Assembly (NCBI GenBank): GCA_043228905.1
Contig: JBHGNT010000007.1
Location: 5,828,001-5,892,000, forward strand
Reading direction: 5' to 3'
Length of the DNA: 64,000 nucleotides
Source: Azolla caroliniana
Lineage: Eukaryota > Plantae > Polypodiophyta
The position numbers and the translations under genes were made by a program. The first letter of the stretch is position 1. Each line of letters begins with the position of its first letter. Positions 52,800 to 64,000 of the stretch are shown here, piece after piece. Below the pieces are notes generated by a model. That model saw only the letters and a program-made list of their open reading frames with translations, made no database searches and was not told the DNA's origin.

Positions 52800-54640
52800 A
52801 GTAACATGCAATTTTTAGGGAGGGAGAAGCAACCATTTATGGGAATTGTTGAGTACCACCATATGCTACATTTGAGGAGCTTGATGCTCATTCATTTTTC
52901 ATCAAGTTAGGGTCCCTCTAGAAAGATATTCCACTTTTGTCTTTAAAAGATTATTGCCCTTTTTGGTAATTACTTAGTTTCTCTCAAATTTATTTACCTC
53001 TAGAAAGATGCCCGCGCCACTTTTGTGACCTATCTTTGAAAGATGTTAGCCGTTTTTGGTATTTTCGTCACCAAGATGATTTTTCACTTCGTCCACCACT
53101 TGTGACAATGATTTGAACACAATTCCAAGAAGGAGATTATCATCAATTACATCCAATTACGTTTCATTCTCGGAAGTTCTCATCAATTGAGCTCAATTAT
53201 CCAATACATGACCATGAGTTGTCGCCTATTGTGGATTCATTCCAATTGTGGTAATGTTTTCTTGAAGGTTTGCTTTATATATTTATTGTTTACTTAGATC
53301 ACCATAATAATAAATTTGTTACCAATTGTGAAATATTTTCAATAAGCAAAGATTCTAAGTCGGCACCAAGCTCGTTTGTACACAAAAATTCTATAACGAG
53401 CTGATTTTATAATCAAATTTTGACCAAGATATCTATAGGGACAAACAAATGCACTTTCAAAACGATCTTATTTGACACCTAAGGTAGGAGAGGTTGCTTT
53501 TGATTAGTGTTTACATCTTGTTCTTGGTCTAAAACATTTGAAGCTTGTAGTCACAAGCTTATTTTCAACACTCTAAGACACGTCTCTTATATGGACAATG
53601 AGAGCTTAGTGGATAGATATGTTAGCACAAGATGTCATTAAGCATTTGGCTTCCTCGTCACCATCATCTATATCAAGTACACATGATTATGATGTCTTTC
53701 AAAGACATGATGTGTTATTATATCGACACGGTTTGTTATACATTCCTAATTGATTGCTCCATCTAGAAATTCTATAAGGTTGCCATGATTCTCCTATGGT
53801 TGGCCATTTCAAAATCCCTAAAACAATTGAGCTTATAAGTAGAAACTATCGTTGGCCTTTCCATAAGAAATCCTTTCACATCTTCATCAATTCATGTGAT
53901 ACTTTTTCTTGGGCCAAAGCCCATCAACATCAACCATGTGGGTTACATCATTCCTTACAAGTACTTGAGGGGCCATGGAAAAGGATCTCTATCAAATTTA
54001 TCCTTGAACTTCCACAATCTCATAAATATGGTTTTATTCTTGTGGTCGACGATTGTTTCTTAAAAATGGCACATTTTATTCCGTGTTCGTCAACTAATAC
54101 AAGTGAATCTACAATCTTACTTTTACTTTAAGTTTTTCATCTTCTTGGTCTACCAAATACTATTTTTAATGGTCTAGGTTCACAATTGACCGCTAGTTTT
54201 TGGAAATGTATCTTGGAACTTTTGTCAGTCTATAGATTTTTATCATTTTGGCATCATACAAAAATCAATGCTCAGACTAAACGAACTAATAAACCTTGGT
54301 GCACTATTTACGATGTTTTATCTCCTATCAACAAGACAATTGGGTTAATTGGGTTAATTGGCTCCATATGGTAAGAGTTTGCTTATAATAATATTGTTCA
54401 TGCTTATAACGCAAACTCCCTTCTTTACAATCTTTGGCCAACGTCCCAATTTGTCTTTCTTAGTTGAGATGGAGACCTCCATCAATCCATATGCAAAACA
54501 TCGTGTGAAGCAATTATAAAAGATGCACATCCAACTCTCACAACAACTTCAACAAGCCCAACAACATTTTGAATGATTTGCAAATCAACATCACAAAATG
54601 TGCCCATTCATTCTTGGAGATCTAGTCTAACATTTTGATA
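52800..54640 (+). mobile_element. Decayed Ty3/gypsy pol fragment (RNase H-integrase)
   Basis: NYPIHDHEL, LSRHQARL, HDSPMVGHF..KTIELISRNYRWP and LVVDDCFLKMAHFIPC, homologous to the 34947-38489 Pol, with many stops. Confidence 0.8.
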
Positions 54641-54984
54641 GGAAGGTCTCATCATTGACGTCTTTTGCTTTTGTACTCTATTTCATTGGTTGATGTAGCT
54701 TTAGCAATTTTCCAAATAAACCTATTTCTTGTAAGTTGTGACGTGAGTCTTGAATCAACCTTATTGAGCCAAAGCCAAAGCTTGCTAATGGTGTCCTAAT
54801 ATGTGAGTGTTTTGTAGAGTGTTCAAATCATCAAGTTATATTGGGAGTCCTGTCCTTTTGCTTGTGTGATTGTTTTTTTTTCCATGAAAAATATGCGCCA
54901 TTGGTATTAAAATTAACAATGCCGAAGGCAACCTACAAATTGTACATAATAGTTTCCGCTCCACAAGTATCTATCATAAAAAAG

Positions 54985-55130
54985 GACCAAATATAAACGA
55001 TGGCCTTTGGCAAGATAAGGTTAATTATAATCCATGAAAACACTCTCAACCTTTGCCAGCGACACCAATACTCAACATATAAACAAATTCCTGCGGTCCA
55101 AGAGTATACATATCTTGGTGGTAATCATAC
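54985..55130 (+). mobile_element. Possible LINE RT fragment
   Basis: MAFGK...QIPAVQEYTYLG resembles the LINE RT KTKxMxF...VxxYxYLG segment. Short match only. Confidence 0.35.
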
Positions 55131-55599
55131 TCAACATACCCTGGTTGTCCACCTGGTTGGTAGTCTAAAAACTCCATGTTTGTAGTTGGTTCCACATATA
55201 CTGAAGTTGTTCACCATCACCTAGCAGTCCACTAGTTGTTGCTATTTGGCAAATGTTTTGTATGTCAAGATCTTCTTCAACTATTGCAGTTGAAGACACA
55301 AAAACAGTCCATGATGCACCTGTCGCTTGGGGTAAAACGTGATGGGTTGCCTTCATCTCCATGAACATTGAAAATGTACTTGTAATTAACCTCCCTATAA
55401 AACAAGATGATCTATGTCCTCCTCACCTCACACCATCTGCTTCAATCCCCACACCATCTTCACTCAACCTTAACACAAAACAAAATTATGCTTCATTCGG
55501 TTCACATCAACCATCTCGTTGCTTACCACCAAAATGATTCTAGTGTGTTTCGCATCCCCTCATGATCTGCTTCACCCCCCTCCCCCCAATGTTTTCTTA

Positions 55600-55885
55600 T
55601 CCCCTCATGATTTGCTTCAGCCCTCACACCATCACCACTCATCCTATCATCATGACAAATTGCTTAAGGTCCTATGCAAATAACAACAATATAAGTGAAA
55701 AATGTTTCCTCATCCTCTCATGGTCTGCTTCAGCCCTCATAGCATCACCACTCATCCTCTCGTCATGACAAATTGCTTAAGGTCTTGTGCAAATAACAAC
55801 AAAATAAGTGAAAAATGTTTCCTCATTATCTGCTTCAGCCCTCACACCATCACCACTCATCCTCTCATCATGACAAATTGCTTGT
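55600..55885. repeat. ~110-120 bp tandem repeat, about 2.5 copies
   Basis: TGCTTCAGCCCTCA.A.CATCACCACTCATCCT.TC.TCATGACAAATTGCTT occurs three times. Confidence 0.85.
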
Positions 55886-56585
55886 GCGATTGTTAAGCAT
55901 CATTAAGCAAAAGAAGGCAAATACATCAAAACAATTCATTGATCTAATGATGAAAGAAGGCAATTCACCAAAACAGCTCATAAAAAGGAATTGATTGTTG
56001 ATACTCCACACAATTGAGGTAGCAAATTAGGATGTTCCAAAGTCTTGTGTTATTACAACTTAATTAGTTCATCGTATTTGAAACTAGGAACAAGTTAGCT
56101 TAATTTGGGATTCAGTGGCTTTAGCATTTCGCGAGGTATTTAGGATGAAGTGGTGGTGCAGGGCAGAGGGCACCAAGGGCCCTGGGTCCATTTAACTTGA
56201 GTCTCGCCAAGGTTTTCATCGCTGGTTCCGCTTGTTCTAGTTTCAATGCATTAGAGAGACATATGGAGGTAATGATAGATAAGAAATCAACCAGTAAAGA
56301 AACAAAATACCATGACAGGAATGGAGTCTTGGCTCCTACTTCCAGAAGAGGATAAGAGGTCCCAGCATATAATAATACAAATATGACATTTAATATGTGC
56401 AGCAATATGGAGGAGAAAGAAGAAGCCATTGAATTTGCTCCATACAACTCATTTTCTCAAGAAGGATAAGGAACAGTGCTGACACTGCTGCAATTGTAGA
56501 AGTATTAATATATCTAACATTCAAAATACCCTTGCTTTATGGTTTACTTAGGGTTTTAAATCCCTCTAATTGGTTTTCCTTCCCT

Positions 56586-59010
56586 TCACTTCTGTAGATC
56601 ATAAGAGTAGATGTCATGTCCATTCACATCATAGAAGGTTAGAGCAACAGATTGTGGCCTCATCGACACACTGAGAAAACCTTGGCCATCGTATGCAAAT
56701 TCGACTCCATCCCCATCCTGCGTGTATGGCCTCAGCCCACTGTAGGCTTTCGATCCCGCACCACTTGTGAATAGATGCACTGAGCTGCAAAATCGACTCA
56801 CAAAAGAAACCGCACGTTAATAATAAACAAAGATCTGTGTGAGTAGATCACTTGTCTCTAGGTAGTTACACCCAGCTTCTCACAATGTGATCAAACCAAT
56901 CACCCATTCTAATAGCTGATGATAATTAAAGCATGACCACAAATCCATCCATCACATGTTAGAAGACATGACGATATGCAACATTAATCTGACATGTAGA
57001 AAAAGAATGTCCTGTTCACACCTGTCAGAGCGCTTGATGTGTTGTAGATTGTGATCATGGCCATTGATGTACATGTCCACTTCATATTTCTGGCCATAAG
57101 AAATTAGCATTCATTCATCAATTAGCATACACAATAATTATACCTATACACTGTTGACCTGATTATAGAGAATTAATTGGCAAGAGAATGGGAAAAGAAA
57201 AGAAAACACTCTTTACTTACCTCTAGTATGGGTAGCAATTGATCCACAAGCTCTGTCAAGTCTCCATGATGGCCAACACTCCGAATTGTGTGATGCCCAA
57301 ATACAATCTTCCATGTCGCATTTGATGAGGCCAAAGCATCGACAAGTCTCTATAATCATCGAAGACCACATCAACATTTCCACATGAACAAAACATGAAC
57401 ATATATATGTATATGTATTATTGTTACCGCCAACTGAGATTGCAATTGCTGAGGCCGTGGAGCAAGTCCTCTCCAATCAAAAGTCTGAGTTTGATTAGGG
57501 CTCCAATACTCATCAATGAATGGTGTTGTGTCAATGAAGAACATATCAACTGAGGCACTGCATGATGCTCCACCTGAATGCATAAATAAATGTATATATT
57601 GTCACCGAACACACATGTTATGTTACTGACATGGATAGATATTTCAATATTCACAAATCACCTTCTGTATGAGTCATATTGGAATCACCAGAGCACGATA
57701 ATGGGACATGCAGCTGGAAATCCTTTCGGCAGAACCACCTTGGATCACGCTTTGCAATCTCCTTGCTCAGTTGGCATAGGGCATCCCCCATGTAATCATG
57801 ATTACCCAAAACTGTGAAAATGCACCAAAATGAGGAAGAAAAAAAATAAGGAAAGAAAAGGAAACATCCTGATGTATTAATTCATGTGAAGTACAACAGA
57901 AGGATGCCAATGAATCTATCTATCTATCTATCTATCTATATGTATATATGTATCTATGTATCTATGTATCTATGTATATATGTATATATGTATATATGTA
58001 TGATTTTCATTGTGCAATTGTTTTTTATAGTTATGGAAAACAATAACCATAATAATATACCTGAATACCAGACAGTTTGCAAGCTTGAGGATGTATAGAC
58101 ATTGGTAAATGAAGCAGTGAAGGCCGGGTCATCAGGTCCCATAAGTCCCGTGTCATAGAAGTTGTCACCAACAGAGATCACAAACTCAATACCCAACTGT
58201 TCTCCAATCCTCCCCATCTTATGTACACATGTTATGTTACAAAGCATGATCAATATATGCCAATTCCAAAGTATCAATCAAAAGGATGGAGATTATATAT
58301 ACCATATGCAAGGGACTTTTATGTACCTGAGTGGCTACTGCTGATTGATTGTAGAGACCTCTCCTTCCCCAATCCCCTAAGACCAGGTAGTTCAGTTCAC
58401 CTCCTGTGATTGCATACTTTGGCTCATGAATAAGTCGAATACTGCCATCCGATCCCTCGCCCTCTTCATCCTGATTCACATTGATCATTGATATCTTGCG
58501 GTAATCACTAACTACACTAATATCAGACGAAGACGGAGCACTGGTCTGAGATTTTGACATGTGCAGCCACTGCCAATGCAGGATCCCCAAGTGGGCTCTT
58601 CCCATTGTCAGTACACACGAACAAATCACCAACATTATGAATAGCACCCAGCTGCCTAATCTAATTTTGCGCCCACATTCATCACGCACCAAATCAGTAT
58701 GTCCACATCGCATACTACTCTGAAATGTACTACCATTTTCTCCCAAATCCTGCATTTTCTTTCATACATTAATCAATACCGTGATATAATATTCACTGCT
58801 AAGGGAATCAAATGTATGATTACATTAATGTTTTCTGAGTTACTTTCTTAATGTAATCATACATTTGATTCCCTTAGCAGTGAATATTTAAACAGTTGCA
58901 TGATTTAACTAATGAGAAAAAACCTGACAGATCGATACCTTGGTGCTCATAGGAAGCTGCAAGGGCCCTGACCCCAACCACGGCGTTCGGTCATTAATCG
59001 AGTCCTCCAT
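56586..59010 (-). CDS. PAP: Purple acid phosphatase (PAP3/PAP17-type metallophosphoesterase) with an extended, membrane-anchor-like N-terminus
   Basis: Exons (59010-58939 putative), 58749 or 58755-58327, 58217-58061, 57811-57662, 57573-57428, 57349-57221, 57089-57022 and 56784-56586. All five metal-ligand motifs are present: GDWG, GDNFY, GNHD, GHH, GHDH. Confidence 0.92.
58788..58888. repeat. Perfect 41-bp inverted repeat with a 19-nt loop
   Basis: 58788-58828 AATATTCACTGCTAAGGGAATCAAATGTATGATTACATTAA is the exact reverse complement of 58848-58888. Confidence 0.97.
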
Positions 59011-61698
59011 TTCTGAAAATCCTTAAAATTATACAAGTCTTTTCTCTGTTCCTCTCTCTCCTTCTGTCTGTGAAGTGATGAGTCCACTGAATGGACTCAA
59101 CCCGGAAAAGGAAGACAGAGAATCTGAATGAGAAATGGTGAAGGAATCTGAATTGGGAATGAAGCAATTTAACGCAGGAGGAGCGAATTTTGATGCAAGA
59201 CAGACCCACACAGACATGTAGGGTGGGTCTCAGATCCAGGGAATATTCCTCACATATATAGGATCCATGGAATATTCTCTTTGATACAGTAACAAAAACT
59301 TAGCACCCAAGATTAATTCTTCTAAGAATGGTAATAATAAGACCTTGTCTTACTATACATATATACATATACATATACTGTTATACATATATACATACAT
59401 ATACATATACATATACGTATACTGTATACATATGTATATATATATATGTATATATATACAATAATACATGTATACCTATAATTATTAATACATTCTACAC
59501 ATACATATGCATACATATACATATATGTATGTATGTATGTATATACAATAATACATGTATATCAATTAATACATTCTATCTCTCCAATGGTCTAATCCCC
59601 ACGTGGCGATGGGCCCACCAAACCGGCCCATTCGCCTATCCATCCGTGCGCACATGGTCGTTCCTCTGCCTTCTCCATATGGTTGTATAATATATGTACG
59701 TGTAAGCACTTATTTGGAAGGAGAAAGAAGTCAATTCGAAATTCTACACACGCATACCTGCTCTACTCATTGACACACACATGCTCTTATTCGACATTAT
59801 CCATTGGTAGTTTAGTCAGAATTTGTCTTTCGTAGACTTTAAAGGTGTATTCATATCCTAAAAGGTCAGTTGGGAGGGGGCAATGTATAGCCTTAACTCT
59901 GAAGGGTTAGAAGCAAAAGGGCAATATTTAGGGGCCAAGCAGAACTAAGTATAAAACAGAACCACAACGTAGAACAGTAGATGTGTAACTCTAGGGCATT
60001 CCCCCTTTCTCAACTCCATTATATCATAGGCGTAAGAGTTTAAGTTTGTCATTTTTTCCTCTCTAAAGAATGCCATTCACGTGATTCCCTCTTTTCTATG
60101 GCTACACAAGCCTTCGTTTTAAAGCATTAGAGCACTCCACAATCCTATGATTTTATAAGATGTTTGAAAAATACATAAATATGTTGAGAATTTGTTGTGC
60201 CAAAATCGAATTATTTCTCTAAGGGATGTCTGATATGATAAACTTGAGCTCAGGCCAGATGGTATTACAAGTCTTTTGCAAAAATCCTCTTTAATTTTTA
60301 ACTATATGATGAGTTGCAATTTAATGAATAGTTACAACTTACTGGTGAGTTAGTACGTTTAGACCGAGTCATTGATTCTCCTCAATGTGTTGTTATAGAT
60401 GTATGTTATTAGTGAACAATGCTAACAAATATTTATTGTCAATATGATATTGTTTGTGTATCATAACTTGAAATGGCCTTACACATGAGGATTTGAAGAT
60501 GTTGCCCCATTAATTACTACGTCAACATTGATGATAAATGTTAACATTTACATACACCCACCCACCCTTCCGACCATTCATCAATTTCGCTTGCATCCTT
60601 ACAAATCTAGGCAAAATACATATTGTCATAGTTATATCTTTGTGTCAAGTGTCCAACACTCTTGATCTTTAGCTTGATCCACTCCTCTTAGCAAATTGCA
60701 TAATTATTGTATTTGACATGATTTCAATCTTTTGCAATATATGTTGAGTTGCCACCATGGGACATCACCATCCATGTAGTTAGTCAATTCTAGTCGACTT
60801 TTTTGAATGCACGAGCACTAAACAAAGCATACTTAATGAATGATCATGTGTTATAATTACCAACAATTGGAAAAATATATAATCATCACAATACTAATTC
60901 TTGCATATTAGCTCGTAATACACCAAGCACAACCAATTGAGTCATGTTAACATGATATTTTTTCATGAAAAAAAATGAGAATCTTTTACAACTAGCAACT
61001 TGGAAGATCAAATAGCCAAAGTTATTAAAAATAGCTAAATTGTTGTTGATCCTTTATCTTATTCAAACTTGTAACATGCATTAGGAAACTTGTTGCTAGC
61101 AAACTACTCGAATTAGACTAGAAGGCTAGAAGCTACTGGACAACCATGCATATCACTAAATAGAGAGTCGTTGAATACACCAGAAATTCCTAATACAATT
61201 TGTGAGATCCCCCTTATAGTACAAATAACCTATTTCTTACCTAATGCATGTGGTATGGTTAGACAAGTAAATTATGTAGAATATTTTGGTATCTTGGATA
61301 AAAGTGGAATATAATACTTTGTCATAAATTGGAGTAAAATCCTCTAGAGCATTCCTACGTCTTGTGGAAGGTTCTTATAAAATTATCGAATATCCTCAAA
61401 GATTTATAGAATATTTCATAGGAAACTCTTGTATGAATACATGTGAAGCCCACATATGTATGATATCAATATGACCATGACATTGTACAATGAGAAATTT
61501 TAACAAATATTAAAACAGAGAAGATATAAACAAGAATGAAATTGCACAAAAGACAAAACGTGGGTTGAGACTCCCTACCTATTGTGTGAGCTTGCCATGT
61601 GCTTAGCTTGTCATAATTTGAATATAAGCTCGTCAAAAAAGTAATCATAATCGTCATTGAATTGATTATTGTTCCCCCTCTTATCAAATATCATCATG

Positions 61699-61735
<37 letters not shown>

Positions 61736-62812
61736 TCACTAGCAACACATGCACATATAGGGAGCTTCCCTTGAGGATGCCTCGATCTACTTCCATCGGT
61801 TTTCCACATAAGTGCATGTTCTAAAATTCGAATTTCCTTAACTCATTCATAGTAGTGTTACAATTTAATTTGAAAGTTTTTCTTTCCTTGGTCCCTTTCA
61901 ACTTGCTCTTCCAATATCAACACTTGATGTAATGTGCAACTCCTGGGCATGTTTGAGATTTGTTTTGGATCTCTATCCCTTGTTAGAAGGTAGCTTAGTT
62001 GGTCAGGAAGTCTATGTTGTTATGATGGTCGGCCAATGTGCTACTAATACAAAATATTATGCAAATGACTATATTTGAAGGTTAGAAATGCAATGTCACA
62101 ACTCACAACATCCATGCTAAGTTTTAGCCTTCGTGTTTTCAATGGTAGTTTCATAGTGAGCAAACCCATGCACGTTCTCTTAATTGAAGATTCATCTTAC
62201 CCCCAATGTTATTGTGTGAGTTTCCGTGATATTGGCACCCCCTTTATTAGAATCATCATTAAAGTATTCCCCTTTGATCATAGCTTCTAGTAACCGTTTT
62301 ATGGGGAGTTTCTAACCATAATAAGTTGTTGATTAAGTGCAATTGCATTTAATAGCTATAATCTATGGAATCAAAATCAAAATCCATCGCTTGACATTAC
62401 TCTCTATAAGCCAATCTATATTTACTCTCTCTCACTCGCACACCTGAAGAAGTTATTATCAGGAATGTCATCGCCATACTTTTGTTGTATGCAAATAATG
62501 TAGTGCTTATTGCAAATACTTTAGACTGAAGGATTGGATATGGGTCAAGAAGTTGTTTGGTGGGTACAAAAAAATTGACAACCTCCCAAGGATGGCATAT
62601 GGGGAGAAAGCAAATTTGGGTTCCTATACATAATTGAGTACATGACACCTCTAACAATACGAGTTTGGGAAAACAAAAACAATTTCTGACACCCCCCATC
62701 CTTGTTTGAAAATGAATGTGTTAATCAAGGGAACAACAATTTATATGACTTATTACATTCTCTTGTCGTCCTCACCTATTGTTGCTTCATCTTTTCCCTC
62801 CAATCATCTTTA

Positions 62813-62880
62813 ACGAGTATCGAACCCTTAACCTTTTGTTAACAAAGGATAACTCTAGTAGTCATTTAAGCTATCATTTG
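62813..62880 (-). pseudogene. Degenerate tRNA-like sequence (tRNA pseudogene or SINE head)
   Basis: Minus strand reads TAGCTTAAATGACTACTAGAG (A-box-like), CCTTTGTTAACAAAAGG (hairpin with GTT) and GGGTTCGATACTC (B-box-like). No acceptor stem. Confidence 0.35.
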
Positions 62881-64000
62881 TTGTTCTTGGCATCTTTTTC
62901 TAATAATGTGATCACACAAACAACATTAGCGTTCTCATGGTCATATGTGTGAGGTGGGATTAAGTGAGGCACCTCCATTCCCTAGTGGTGTGTATGGAAG
63001 AGAATTGTAAAGCAAGAGGTGTACACACAAAAATAACACAATGGAATAGTAGAAAAGATAGATTGCACAAGAAAAAAGATTGATTGGAAACATATATGTA
63101 TGCGAATAGATAGTAATGCCCTCCAATTAGTGCCCATTCTTTTCTGTACTCACACACACATATAAAGCTACCAATTGAAGTTGAAAAGGTAGTTCATTAA
63201 TGAGCAACAAACTCAAAACCTCTGCGAACATTATTTTTGTGATGCCCAACCTCTCACATTAAGACCTTTTCATGATATCAATTCAGCTCCGACACCTTAA
63301 ATCCAATAATTAATATTACTAATCCTTCAGAATAACATTGAAGAGATCTTGGAACTAAGGTTAGGATTAATGAAGTCAAATTACCAAATACCAAACATCT
63401 CTCTTGCTTTAGAGTCTTTGTGCTTCCATTTCACACTCATATGCTAGTTTTTGCTACAACAATTATGGGTTATCCAAATGTCCCAAGAGTGCCCAAAATC
63501 TGAGCCAATGGAAAAAGTTGGCATCATCTTGTATATGTAAGAAAGGAGACAAACGACCAAAACAATTTTCTTAACTATGTGTTTAGAAACCTAAGTTGAA
63601 GGTTGCCTTTAATTTTAATGAAAGTTCTTGTTGATAAACAAGTACATAACAAGTGAACCAAATTTTCAAACTCGCCATGACATCTCAAACAAAGGGAATG
63701 ATAATATTGTTTTTCTCCAAGTAGAATCCAATCACAGGTAGACATATATGCATACAAGCTGGGGATTCCAACATTCTTTTTCTTATTTTTAATGTTCTTG
63801 TTTTCTCTCTTTGTTTCTTTCTTTTTATTTTTTGCAATGTTAAATGTCACAATCCGAGTCGTGTTTAGAAAGACATAGAAGTGTACTATAATGTCGCAAT
63901 CTAAGTCATGTTTGAGCAAAGTTAACACCTTGTTTTGTAGCAGTGTAGAATCTTGACAAGAAATCAAAGGTCATGACTATTGTACATGCTTTGGATTATG

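Noticed and set aside
60150-61000. Possible hAT transposase remnant on the minus strand
   Set aside because: Only vague motif echoes with many stops, no TIRs or TSD. Not supportable without an HMM search.

Overview
Repeat-rich eukaryotic nuclear DNA from a land plant, probably a non-seed plant such as a fern (inferred from the Tcn1/Tf1-like chromovirus and dense microsatellites). Five spliced genes can be reconstructed by hand: two tandem SABP2/MES-family methylesterases (-), a plastid SET-domain/Rubisco-LSMT-like gene resembling Arabidopsis SAFE1/At5g14260 (-, 11 exons), an alpha-tubulin (+, 4 exons) and a PAP3/PAP17-type purple acid phosphatase (-). Mobile DNA includes a full-length decayed Ty1/copia (4010-9221, TSD GAGAC) and a three-level nest: an RTE-group LINE interrupted by a copia (32711-43169, TSD GATTG), itself interrupted by a young chromovirus (34623-39916, TSD ACCAT). 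Older TE remnants, a U6 snRNA pseudogene and several tandem arrays are also present. The most notable signals are: a tRNA-independent, Tf1-style 11-nt self-priming site and a -1 frameshift cassette in the chromovirus; a higher-order ~100-bp array apparently derived from a tRNA/SINE-like head; a deletion in MES copy 2 that removes a splice donor but creates a new in-frame GT; and a perfect 41-bp inverted repeat in the putative first coding intron of the phosphatase gene. All coordinates were read by eye and no database searches were run.
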